The notes below the pieces were generated by a model. That model made no database searches. It was not told the origin of the DNA and was given only the letters and a program-made list of their open reading frames with translations. 64,000 nt of DNA from the human T2T-CHM13v2.0 reference genome, Homo sapiens. The stretch lies in the NCBI RefSeq assembly GCF_009914755.1, contig NC_060928.1. One strand, given 5' to 3'. Each line of letters starts with the position of its first letter. The stretch's first letter is position 1. A program made the position numbers and the translations under genes. Shown here piece after piece: positions 45,811 through 64,000 of this stretch.

Positions 45811-48360
45811 AAACTGATGATAATGAAAGTTTTCTTCTTACCCATCCCTGTGAGGTTAATTAGGGCCTGTGGACTCTTTTTCCAGAGCATAATCACTGGC
45901 ACCTTTTCTTTTATCTAGTTAAAGGTTTGTATTAGAGATTGAATTTGGCCAGAGCATAGGATTTTAATCCAGCAAGACAAAGAACATTAAAAAATATCAT
46001 TCAAGTTGACATACAAATCTGTCCTGGAAAAACATGAACCTTAAAATATGGGGTGTCACAAGCCCTTTAGGCACATGTCAACAACTCTAATTTTGTTGTA
46101 TCAAATGCAGTGGGTTTGTTGCTCAATAACATTGCAAAAAGAAAATTTGACTCTATTTACCACAGTTTATAAAGCCTCAAGACACCCAAACATGACTCAT
46201 GACTTTGCTGGTGGGAATAAGAATAAAAGCTTCCCTGGGAATAAATATGGCACACACATTGTGCTTAACTTGGCTTCAGAAATTCAGTGACATTTGAAGA
46301 AGAAATGTTCTTACAACTCATGCTCAGAGAGCCATAGTTTTCACCATCTGCCCTTAGGCTGCTGTTTATGTCTGTGGACGAGCAGTGTGCAATTTTACTG
46401 GAAAAATATTTAAAAAGAAAAACCCAAATACCCACATTATGGGGAAACAGCATTGAAAAAATTCCAGTTTTATAGTAAAATTTATGTTCTTAGCCCTAAG
46501 AAAATATTCAAAATCATCTTCATTGGCTCAGTATGAGACTTGAAATGTCCCAAGGGAAGAACTCTAAACATCATTAGTTGTTGAATGCAAGTGTCGAGCC
46601 CACCTCTGCCTCAGTGTGCAGCCAACATACCACATGCTGTCTGTCTGTTCTCAACCCCAGTCTCTAGGACTCTGAGTGAGTTGAAGCTCTTTCTATCTCC
46701 TGGGAGTCTATGAGTGTAATGTAAGTCATATACAGTCAATGCTATATACTCCAGCATTTCTCTCCTTATCTTCTCTTACTTCTTAACTTCTGCCAGAGAA
46801 TTGCTAATTTTCCACAAAGTCTCATCTCTCCAATACTCAGTAGCCAATTGTAAGCAGATTTTCTGCCAGCAGGGTCTAGGGCAAAGGAAGAAGTACCAAA
46901 GGTGCTGTCTCTCTCCTCCGGGGGCTTTCAATCTTGACTGATATTACATTGCAGGATGATTCCAGAATGTTTTCCAAAGTGTATTCCATGAGACACAAGT
47001 TCCATGATATGCTTCTTAAAAAAGGGTTCCATGGGATAGCTTTGAGAAACAATGCAAGCCATATTTCTTTCTTGGAAAGCTGCAATGAGTATTAGCAGAT
47101 AAAAGCTGTGAGAAGTTTTTCAGTAAAGATACATTTAAGTGTTTCTTTTATAATCCAGGGTTACCCACTTGTTTTCCCAGGAAATCTTTTTAAGAATAAT
47201 AATAATGACTCTGAACAGTTTGAGAAATACTGTTATACATCAAAATGGGGCTCGTGAAAGGTGTTTTGGCCACTTATATTCCTGTCTCATGAAGGTGTGG
47301 GCATCCCCTTTCCTCAAAAAGTGCTTTCAGAGGGAGTAACGCCTTCTCACGTCAGGCAGGAGTCTCTAATGCCAATGACTCTTTGCTATGAATGATAGTA
47401 ACATGTTATGATTAAAACACAAAACAAGAAAACCAAACACACATGCAAACACATGCACACAACAAACAACATGCAATTAGTTTCTTAAATTCACCCAATT
47501 TGCCCATTAGCCATATTACTTTGTCAAAGAATCCTGGTGACAGCTACACAAATGAAAGTAGAGGTTGTTGTCCCGCCACTCTAAAGCGGGGCTTCCTCTG
47601 GGTCCCTGTAGCTAGGATTAGGTCCCTGTAGATTTGGGTCGAGGTGGGTGGGATTTTGGGTGGGACTGAGTTGGGGCAAAATGTGGCTTTGGTAACATAA
47701 AAAATAAGAGGATTGGACTAGATCAGATATTTTCACACTCTTTTTTTCCCTCCCTTACAATATTTTCCTTAAATAAGCCTTACTTAAAAATCCTAGACAA
47801 ATAAAAAATAGGATCAAAGCAGATCCTATTTGGTTGACACAGGAAAGAGGCAATGGGGTTGGCAGAGGGGTTGAGATGGAGGAGGCCGAGTTCCCTCTTG
47901 CCCTTACCTGACCTTTGCAGTGACCCCTGAGGGGGCTTCTCAAAGTACAGTTTGAGGAATCCCAGATGAGATGATTTCTAGGGTTTCTTGTAGAGTGAAC
48001 ATTGTAGTTTTTAATCCCTTTGGTGTTGTGAGAATAAATAACTTCTGAAGTGTGCAAGAATAACCTGATCAGTATTTTTCTCATATTTTCATGGAAATAT
48101 CTAACAACATAAGAAAGAATTAACATGCAATCCTGCTACATTATGATTGCGTAGTCTGGGAGGGTAGCTGAAAGCATAGTTTTAAAGCATGAAACTTTCA
48201 CAGCTCCTGCTTTATCTTAAAAACCAAAAAACAATTCCTACTTGCCCTGCTGGTCAGTGGAGGAGATGTTATATTAAGTGTATAAATGTGGGGAACTGGG
48301 TTGAATTGAAGAGAATTGACACTGCCTAGCAAGTCAGCATCAGGTGGTTTTTCTGCTTCC

Positions 48361-48673
48361 TTTCTTTATTTTTCTTTTTCTTTTTTTTTTTTTTGAGACA
48401 GTCTCCCTCTGGTGCCCAGACTACAGTGTAGTGATGCCATCTTGGCTCACTGCAGCCTCCACCCTCTGGGCTCAAGCGATCCTCCCACCTCAGCCTCTCA
48501 AATAGCTGGGGCTACAGGTGCACACCACCATGCCCAGCTAATTTTTGTATATTTTGTAGAGATGGAGTTTTGCCATGTTGTCCAGACTGGTTTTGAAATC
48601 CTAGGCTCAAGCGATCTGCCTGCCTTCGCCTTCCAAAGTGCTGGGATTACAGGTGCAAGGCACTGAGCCCAGT
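48361..48673 (-). mobile_element. Alu (AluJ-like)
   Basis: Dimer with poly-T; TSD ggtttttct(g/a)ctt. Confidence 0.92.
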
Positions 48674-49665
48674 CAGTCTGGTTTTTCTACTTTCTTGATG
48701 TCAGATTTAGATAATCCAGATTCATATACATGAGGAGATATATATGACAAATCTGTGTTTTCCTTCCACATCTCTGAATGAATCAATGCTTTGAGGAGAT
48801 GTCTTCCTGAGGCTTCATGTACTCATAGTATACCTTCAATTCCTGGGGAGTATGCATCTACCTGATAATTGGGCATAAAGTGATTCAACACTATATGAAA
48901 CACACAACTGTTAAGGGATATTGTGGTTATAGGAAGAGGGTGTTTCATGGCATTGACCAGAAGTGCTGCGTGTTTTTACAGGCAGCATCATTTTTAGCTT
49001 GGACTCTCACTGGTGACTGACTCCTGTCGACGAAGGTATTTAAATGTACGTCCAAATTTATATAGGACTCTGGAAATGCTGTACCCAGGAGAGAAAGCAA
49101 CCAGAGGGAACCCAGACACAATAATGCTCAGGGTAGAGGCACAGCGAGCTGCAGCATCATGACACTGCTGTCAATATTTTAGAGGATGTTTTTATTTAAA
49201 CCAATCTTGACAGAATTTTATTATTAAATATAAAAGAGATTCTACTATACCATATTAATATATTGTCTGATGAGCAGATTGACACATTTACAAAAAGGGG
49301 CTTCAGAAGGAATTAAAACACTGATATTTTATAAAACTGAAGAATTGCATTTTAAGCAGTGTATATTATTGCATCTTATTAAAAATATTTGGAAAATACA
49401 GTGTTTCTCTAAAAAGATTTGTCACACTTGTCAAAATAAAGAAAAGCTCTATCATGCATATATCCTAAGTATTTGTGTGCTTTACAAGGATTAAGTATCT
49501 ATTTTGAGTGTAGTATAGAGCTTCAATTAGTATACATGTACATATAGCATAGTAACTTTAGACAAAATCACACATTGAAAACAACACAAGTTATAAAATC
49601 TGAAATGTGGAATTTCAAGGAACTGGGATTATATTTATTACTTTTCTATCAAGTACCACATACTT

Positions 49666-50015
<350 letters not shown>

Positions 50016-50041
50016 TAGTTAATTAAATTAAATTTACTTAA

Positions 50042-50192
50042 TTTTTTAACTTTTATTATAGGTTCAGGGGTACATGTGCAGGTTTGTTATATAGGTAAAC
50101 TTATGACTTGGGGGTCTGGTGTACAGATTCCTTTGTCACCCTAGTACTGAGCATAGTACCCAACAGTTTTTTTTTTTTTCTGAACCTCTCTC
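50042..50192 (-). mobile_element. Short L1PA 3' end fragment
   Basis: ggggtacatgtgcaggtttgttatataggtaaac. Confidence 0.8.
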
Positions 50193-51678
50193 TGGAGGAT
50201 TTTAGAAGGAAGTAAAGACTTTCTTCTTGATGAGCACCTAAGTACAGAGTCAGAACTGTCTGTCATTGGAAAAAAGGATTAAGAAGCTAGAAATGGATAT
50301 TTCAGTACAGTCATCTTGGGACCCACAGGAGTTAGTCCAGATTGAACCAGATCATTTTCTTAGTCCTTGGTTAAGGGATATAACAATTCCTCAGAGAGGT
50401 GGAAATACAGAATGATGCTAGAATCCACTGTATCCCTTCTACACTTGTTGTCTATAAGTAGAATAGTAGTATCCCACTAGACTGTAAGCACCTTAAAGGC
50501 AGGCACCATAGTTTTTTCTCCCCTCAGCAGGCACTTCTAGGTATCCAGAATCTAGCACAACACTTGGCATGTAGCAAGTGTTTGTTTTACATATGAAGAA
50601 AACTTTGTCTAATATTTCACTTTCTAGTAAGTAGTAGAGCCAGGATTTAAAGCCAGGTCTGCAGGATACAGAATTCGTAGCCACCAGCCTTTAGTGGACA
50701 TATATTGGCAATCCCGTCCAGCACCTTCAGTTATATTCTCTCCAGTGAGTATTTATGCTACACCTTCTTTACTTTAAAAACACTTTAAGTAAATCACTTA
50801 GCACATAGACATTTGGCCTTGAGTTATTACCATGTCTTACAAAATGGAAATTCCTTTCTGCTCTTTGTTTTTATTCATAGACGCTGACTGCCAAATTTTA
50901 CTACCTTTCTTGCCTGAAAAATACTAGTGTCCAGAAGCTGGTTTCTCCATTCCTGACAGAAGGCAAACTAATTAGAAGTCTGGTGGAGCAAGTTTTATGG
51001 GGAAAATGCTTTTTTAGTTTAGCCAAGGAACTGAACCCATCTTGAATAAGAAGTAAAAAGTAAGAGTGTTTCCTGGGTTAGCAAATACATGAACTAGAAA
51101 ATCAACATTACACCTCCCACATGCACTGATGGTAATGTGGATGCTCCCAGAAGAATTAAAATGTGACCCTTTGCTCTGCGGATATACTGCAGGTGAGATA
51201 TTTTGTCGATCAAAGAAGTGAGTCGTCCTATAAATTCTGCTAATTAAAACATCTATAGTGTACCTGTTACTCAATCAAGTCCAAAACTTAGGGGCAAACA
51301 GAAGAGACGGAGATGCAAAACAGGTTTGGCTTTATAAGTTCTTGGGGGTAGAGCTGTGTTATGGAAGCCAGGTGATTCTGAAGTTCCCTTTAAACAGTAT
51401 TCACTGTTTTTAGCATAACGGTCTCTGCAGTCAAATTGTCTGGGATCTAATTCTGGCCCCACAATTACCAGTGATTTTGGGCAATTTCATTATCCTCTTT
51501 GTATTTTAATTTCTCCATCTGTAAAATGGAGCTAATGATAATACTTATCTTGTAGTGATGTTTTTCAAGGCTCAAACAAGTTAATACCCATAAAGTTCTT
51601 CTCTATTACTATTATTATACCACATAGGGCTCATGATACTCTTTCGTTTAAGCTCTGGTAATTGATTACATGAATTGC

Positions 51679-51844
51679 ACAGGACCTGCTACATAATTTG
51701 GGGGACTCAGTACAAAATGAAAATGTTACCTCGTTCAATAATCATTAAGAAATGTAATATGGCAACAACAGAGTATCTTAAATTTGGAGTGGGAGTGGGG
51801 TCCCTGTGCAACTAATAGGTCACACACCCAGGAAGCTCGCCCTG
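51679..51844 (-). mobile_element. MER45A-like hAT MITE
   Basis: Reverse strand cagggcgagcttcctgggtgtgtgacct...gcacagggaccc. Confidence 0.6.
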
Positions 51845-51958
51845 GAACTGAGTTATAGAAACTAGAATTTTAGGAAGAATGCATATACAAAAGCAATTGG
51901 TACAATTTCTCACATTAGAAGAAGCCAATGAAATTTGTTTGCTTAAAAAGGGAGAGGA

Positions 51959-52198
51959 GGCCGAGTGCGGTGCCTCACGCCTGTAATCCCAGCATTTTGG
52001 GAGGTTGAAGTAGACAGATTGCTGAGCACAGGAATTCAAGACCAGCCCGGGCAATGTGGTGAACCCCATCTTTGCAAAAAGTACAAAAATTAGTGGGGTG
52101 TGGTGGTATGGGCCTGCAGTCCAGGCTACTAGGGAGGCTGAGGCAGAGGATTGCTTGAGCTGTACTCTGGCCTGTCCAAAAAAAAAAAAAAAAAAAAG
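51959..52198 (+). mobile_element. Alu with internally deleted right arm
   Basis: Left arm, partial right arm, then poly-A. Confidence 0.9.
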
Positions 52199-53301
52199 CT
52201 GGGGGTTAGGAACATTTATGAAAAATAAACTCATCTAAGAAAATAAACTCAGAATTGTTTTTGGGCATCTAGCTGACATGTGGCAATCTCCACTAGGCTT
52301 ACAGAGAAAATAACAACATAAATGTTAATAAAGGGATGATTCTTCCAGGTTCAAGGTTTGATTTTTCCATTGCAAATGAATTGAGACAAAGTAGTGATCT
52401 TTTCCCAAAAATCCCATTAAGGCGAAAACAACGGACAAATTTGGTTTTTACTTTTGCTTCCTGATTGTTGGGAGATAATCCTGGCTTGACTTTCTCTATA
52501 TCATTGCATGGCTTTCCAATAAAATAGATTTTGAGCCAGAGGAATAAAAAAAACAAATAAATTACAAATAATAGCTTTGGTGAGTGGCTAAAGAGGAAAT
52601 CAAAGTTCTATTTATTTCTTGCCAAATTCATTAAGTTTTAGGATATAATAAAGGCCACAATTATTTGAAACTTATTAGACAGATCAAGGCAACTGAGAAA
52701 AAATTGAATCCCCCATAAAAAAATGGGTCTATGCCACTGGAGTATTGGGAAACATATGAATACAAACGTATATAAAGTTGTGTATATATTTAAATACATG
52801 CACAATATTTTGAAAAATTATATTTAGAAAGTTTTTCATCCACTGTTGCCTAAAATTCTTCGAAGGCCACATCTGCTCACAGGGGAGCAGCCATCTAGGG
52901 GAAAATGTTTTTCAGCTTAATTGTGTAGATTTCACTGTACTGTAAATGAGATTTAATATTTCCTTTATTTCTTTGTGTGTGATGCTTTCAATATCTTTTC
53001 TTTTTTCACATAATAAGATGAAGCACAGTTGACCACTCATTTTCACATGGGTGAAATAATCCTTGTTTGAAAAAACTAACAATGATTTTATTTCTTTATT
53101 TGCCTGGCAGTGACTTTTGACATTTACTGTTTAATGTTTCTTCTAGAAAAAGAGAGAACAGAGGCTGGGAAAAGGGAGAAAAGCAGAGAAAAAGAAGAAC
53201 AAATAAATGTCTCACAAATGTCTTAAAAGTTGATCATTATCTTTTGGGAATATAGCAATAAAAAGAATTTTAATTTACATTATAACATTATCGCTAGTTT
53301 T

Positions 53302-57181
<3,880 letters not shown>

Positions 57182-57199
57182 CCAAGATTTTTTTTTAAT

Positions 57200-58510
<1,311 letters not shown>

Positions 58511-59763
58511 TCATGTCATTACCTAATATGTTAATTAAGTTACTTGGTATAATTAAGTTACTTGTAAACAGTTTGATCCTCCTGGGACTTGCTTTTCAGC
58601 TTTCTTATGTGGTATCAAAGCAGCATTTAGTTTAGGGCTAATTTTATCTCATTATTGAGGCAAAATCCTTCTAAATACTTTACTAATGCCCAAGAATTAT
58701 GAGATTTTTCCATTCTGGCTTGTGGGGACAAGAGCTATCCCTGACCTGGTGTGATCTTTGGGATTGTTCCCTCTAATCTTTCTCAGTAGTTGTTTTCCTG
58801 CTTTGGGTAGCTTCCTCACATGGATGTGCTGGTTGAAACTCACCTGAGACTCCTTTAGAACCCTCTTCAGGCCTCCAGGTATCTCACTGTCTGGGTTTCG
58901 CTGCTCCAGTACTTTGTCCTGAAACTCTAGCCTCTGTCCCCTCCCTAGATGCTCAAACCTGCATCCTCAACTCAGAGAGAGAGCCAGGGTGCACTTGGGG
59001 TCCTTCTCCCTGCTCTGTGCTCTGGAAACTTTCCAGGTAGTAAGTTGAGGTAATCACAGGGCTCACTTCATTTGTTTCCCATCTGATAGAGATCACTGTC
59101 CTTCCTTGCTTGATGTCTGATGTCTTGAAAACCTTTGCTTCATATATTTTGTCTGGTTTTTAAGTTATTCCAGGAAAGAGGGTAAATCTGGTTCATGTTA
59201 CACTTTCCATATTGGCTAGAAGTAGATATCTCCCAGATAGATATTTAAAGGCCAACATTTATTGAGAACTATGTTCCAGACATGGTGCAAGGTACAATAC
59301 AATATCTTAGTTAATCCTCTAAAACCAAACAGAGAAACCAAAAATTGAAGAGCAAATAACAAAAAATAGAGCTAAGAAAAGGTACTATTACAATTCCCAT
59401 CTTATAAATGAGAAAATCAGGATATAGAGAGATTAAGTAGTTTCTTCAAGGTCTAATGAGGCTAATATATGGTGGAATTGGGATTTGCTTCCAGGTGCGT
59501 TTGCTGCCAAAGGCATGTTCTTAACCAGCATATTCCCACACCTGCTACATCTATCTCTTGCTGCTTAAAGGAAACTGGGAACAATGATTTGCTTTGTTTT
59601 ATGCCCAGTATTGTAGAGTTTACCCTCTGCAAAAAATTCATTCTTAACTCTTCATCTTCCCTCCAAGGAGTGCCAGATGGTGAGCTCTACAGGCTTCACG
59701 ATATTAGCGACTGATTTCAGATTTTCCTTTCTTACAGAATATCAGTTTATTTGGGATCCTGCC

Positions 59764-60096
59764 TTTTTTCTTTTCTTTTCTTTTCTTTTCTTTTTTTGAG
59801 ATGGATTCTCACTCTGTCACCCAGGCTGGAGGGCAGTGGAGCCATTTCGGCTCACTGCAACCTCCGCACCCCTCCTCCTGCCTCACCCCCGCACCGGGTT
59901 CAAGCAATTCTCATGTCTCAGCCACCCTAGTAGCTGGGCTTATAGGTGCCTTCCACCATGCGTGGCTAATTGTTTTTCATTTTTAGTAGAGACAGAATTT
60001 TGCCATGTTGGCCAGGCTGGTTTTCAGCTCCTAACCTCAAGTGATCCACCTGCCTCAGCCTCCCAAAGTGCTGGGATTACAGGTGCGAGCCCGGCC
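59764..60096 (-). mobile_element. Alu (AluS-like) with C-rich internal insertion
   Basis: Dimer; TSD gatcctg(c/a)cttttt. Confidence 0.92.
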
Positions 60097-63000
60097 AAGA
60101 TCCTGACTTTTTACTGCTGCATACAATTAGGCAAATTTAGGTTAAGCGTTTATAAAATTATAAATTTGCATCAGAAATATACTAACTTTGGTCAAATGAT
60201 TACAACTTCTTCGAAATAAGGAGAGAAAAACATAAACAATAGCTGTCTTTGAGAGCTATGTGAGGATGTCCCTAAAGTTTGAATGGAAGGAAAAATGAAG
60301 CCCAAATTTTAAGTTGGCTTGCAACTTTTATGTAAGAACTGGCATGAAGGTTTCTCTATTGAGAGATCTACTGATGAAGGTGTTTACAGTGGTTCCAAGA
60401 ATCTTCATTAAAATCCACAGAATGAAAAGACACTCATGCAACAATTGGAAAGACACTCAAGCCAACAAAACTGAAACAAAAATAGACACAAGCATATTAC
60501 GTATCTCTTGAGGGGAATATTAACACATAATTTGGCGGGGGTAGGGGTGATTCCTGGGCAACTTTGAGTGTGTTATAATTCTGAAGTTCCCAACAAATGA
60601 AACGAATAAGATTTTGGCTGTGTTCTATCAGTGGTGGAGACTCATGAGCTTTAATCTAGTACTTATAAATAAATCTTAAACTCTCAGTATTAGGATTTCA
60701 ACTTGTTTCCCAGTATCCTTTTTCTCTTTTTCATACTGAATTCTAATCATACAATTAAAACCTGTTTATTGTTCAAAAGTGGGAAACATTAATAAGTAGA
60801 AAGAAAAACATAATCTACAATTTTACTACTAATTAATAAGCACAATGGACATGTAAGTGACTATCTTGATGGTCTTTGCCTTCCCTCTGGATAAAATAAA
60901 AGTATGTGTCTTTGTGTGTATATGATGTGGGGGGGTGTGTGTAATTTATAATTCTAGAATAGTTTATAATGCCATGAGGCTGAGATCTCTAAAGTATTTG
61001 AGATCATGGCACAAGGTGGGGAAAGGCTTAATACCTTAGTTGAAATCTGGGTTGCAGGCGTCCCTGCCAAAGCATGATACGCTCTTATAAACTGGCTTTT
61101 CTTCTCTATCTAAATCTCCCGAAATTTTGACATTTGAGACATCCCCAGAGATGAGATGCCTGGACCTGTGATTGGAGAGAGTGATCCTTTGCATGACAGT
61201 CCCAATGGTGACTCAGGCTTCAGGCCTAGGCTGGAAACAATAACATTTCCCAGACCCACAGCTGTGCAGGTTACAATCCCTAGAGGCTTCTGGCCATGGT
61301 GATTATAGAGAACAGTTCACTCTCGATGAATCACGTGAGTACTAGAAAGGCTAGATTTTTCATTTATTGAGAATAGTCTTTTAAAGGAGCCTAGCTAGAG
61401 GCAGTTAGCAGAAGAGAAGGGTTTACATTACATAGTTTAATGCCATTCAGCTAATTCACAGACCATTGAAGTGTTTTCTGTTTTTGTTTTTTTTGCATGT
61501 GGTATATACTTAGCTGCATGCTAAGAGAAATCAACTCTGATTGATTTAAGCAAAATAGAACATTGTCAAAAGGCAATTCTGGCAAGGTGAAAGAATGAAG
61601 CTTAGAAAGTAGGTAGCAGTGATACTAGGCAGGTAGAGAATGTTAGCAAAACCATGCCCCAGAAATGATATGCTGAGAACCCAGCTGTTTGTCGTGTCTC
61701 TGCATCAAAGACCAAGCCTCCCTCCCCAACAATTACAGGGCCTGTGGCAAGAGCACAATGGAGGCACAATATCATGTGTTTAAATATTTAAAAGTTACAA
61801 ATAAATTGTACATCAGATGAACAATCTGTTAAATCAAATGTCATATCCTCTTTGCTGAATATACTTTCATAATAAGCTGAAAGATCAAGTTCAAACAGAG
61901 AATTTTTGACTCCTTAGTGAATACTAAGGATAAATCCAGCCCCTTGCCCTGCTCCCTAGCCCCGAGCACATCCTCTTTCTTGCTACTTCAACTTGAATGT
62001 AGAAGCATCATCTACATCTCCTGCAGAGGTCACCTCTTGACCTCCCTTTGGGTCTAGAGGTGTGAATGGTCTGCTCCCAGGGGGATAAACACAGGGAAGA
62101 AGATTACATAGGTCCTGGAAGTGATCCCAAGGCTCATCTGCGCAGGGAATTCACAGTACTTGGTTACCAAAAGTGTAGTCAAGAAGTGGTCATGAAGTTC
62201 AGGCTCTGAGTAGGCACGTCCTGTTGGACTTGTAGACTCCTGGCTCCATGGGGAGGAACTCAGGCAGGAGGGCCAGGCAGGCCTCCCTAATTTGGGGTCT
62301 CTCTCTTGCCTGAATCTAAGGACAGTGCTGCCAATGCCAGATCTGCTGGTGCTGCTCTGTGAACTGGATATGGCTGCCCATCAACCACAGCATGACTTTT
62401 CCCCTGAGCCCGCTCCAGCAACCCAGCTGGAGTGTGTTAATGGCTGAGCCAAGACTTTGCACCCAGCTTTAGCCCACAGTGGGTAAGATGGAGGTGGAGA
62501 GCTGTGGAAAACAGAATATGGTCAAAAAATGGCAAATGCCTACTATCCCCAGACTGAAGGCACCACTTCTATTTTGTTTTTTATTTTTTTAATGACACAT
62601 TCCAAATCTGAGAATAAATGAAGCAGTTCTAAACAAGTTCTACTCCCAAGCTGTTAGCCCAGAATCTGCACAATTGTTTGAGAAAAAAATATAAATGGGA
62701 TCATTTTTGTTCAAAGTGGTCAAAAAAGAAAGGAAGCATGGAATTATCAATTATCTTCTACTGGAAGCAAATGAAGAAGTTTGTTGTTCCTATTCATTTT
62801 ATTTCTGTCTTTAGGCCTGGGCCATCTTCTCACAGGCTAGGAGGAGTGAGATTTTTCTACATCTTAGCCATAAGTCAGTGTGGTAGACATTTGCTGCTTT
62901 TGCCCATCCAACATCTGTCTCTTCTTTCTCTGCTCTTCTGTTCTTCTGGAAACAGCTTTCAGTTTTTTTGAGTGTGGTTGACCAACTCCCGATCTAGAAG

Positions 63001-64000
63001 TAGGCGTTCGACCCATTAGTCTCTCCCATTCAGAAGATCATACACTTATGATCACAGTAATTGGTTCATGGATGTTTGAATACTTTCAAGAGCATAAGGC
63101 ATTCCTAACCTGTAAATATTTAAGGTGGAGATATTTAAGAAAGAGGAATTTTTGGATGGAGGTCAGGAGAGGTAAGTAATTAGAAGCTCTTTCTTAGATC
63201 CCAGGACTTGCCTGGGCCGACCCCCTCAGCCTTAACATTAAGCCAGAGCCAAGTGCCCTAATTCTTCCTGCTGATGGCAAGAATGTTGTTACTTCTGTGT
63301 GCTTGGTTCTTTTTGGATGCAGTTCTCAGATAAAGGACACTACCCAGTTGCCTGCTTTTCTAGGTCCTTTTTTCTCCAGTGAAAGAGACTTCTTTGTGGA
63401 CAGTGTAACTCTGGGATGCAACACACTTGAGTTTGAATCCTAGTTCTATTACTTAGCTGCATGCCTCAATTTCTTCGTCTGTAAAAGCGGATGATCTTCA
63501 ACCTGGGAAGGAAAATGAAGTCCTAGGTGTTGAGGAGGGTTTTTGATGCTCCTGGGAATTTTGTCTTGCAACAAAAAATGGGCTTGGAGTAGATTAAATG
63601 TGAAATAAGACTGTAAAGCAACTGATCTGCTCCCACCAACCACACAAGGAAGTCTGCCTCTTTGTTTTCTAGTTGCACCTTCTACATGTTTAGCAGAGTT
63701 CATTGTGCATGGCATGTGCTCAGAAAATAGTTATTAATTGATTTATTTTTGTTGTTTGATTCAATTTAATTCATTGCGATGTTTGATTTGATTCAATTCA
63801 CACAACAAATACAAGTTATTATACCTGGTGCTGTGAGGCATATGTGTGATGAGACATCACTGCCCTGTAGAATGTACTAGAACGACTGAGATAATCCTGA
63901 ATGAACAAAGGCAGCACTGCTAGCCACATCTTCTTATTGGGGAAAATGGATCTGCTTATGTCTGCAGCTTTCTTTTAATGGAAGTTTGTAATCCTTGCTG

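Overview
Human (hominid) genomic DNA, rich in Alu and L1. Positions 3759-~31370 (+) hold the 3' nine exons of SPATA18 (Mieap, the p53-inducible mitochondria-eating protein), probably exons 5-13. I spliced them by hand; GT-AG phases are consistent through to the stop at 28964-28966, followed by a ~2.4 kb 3'UTR. The introns carry a heavily deleted antisense class I ERV (EnvV-like env, two-knuckle gag) ending ~47 nt before an exon, a full-length antisense L1PA, a short L1 with a 3' transduction, nested inverted Alus and several repair or templated-insertion scars. The rest (31.4-64 kb) is intergenic repeat DNA, including an L1PA with an intact 5' end but deleted 3' part that keeps a near-complete ORF0. 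I cannot demonstrate a new biological system. The best leads are in-frame alternative splice sites that would change the Mieap C-terminus, a possible L1-antisense-promoter chimeric transcript, and the retrotransposition and repair footprints. Repeat subfamily names are from memory and need RepeatMasker/Dfam confirmation.
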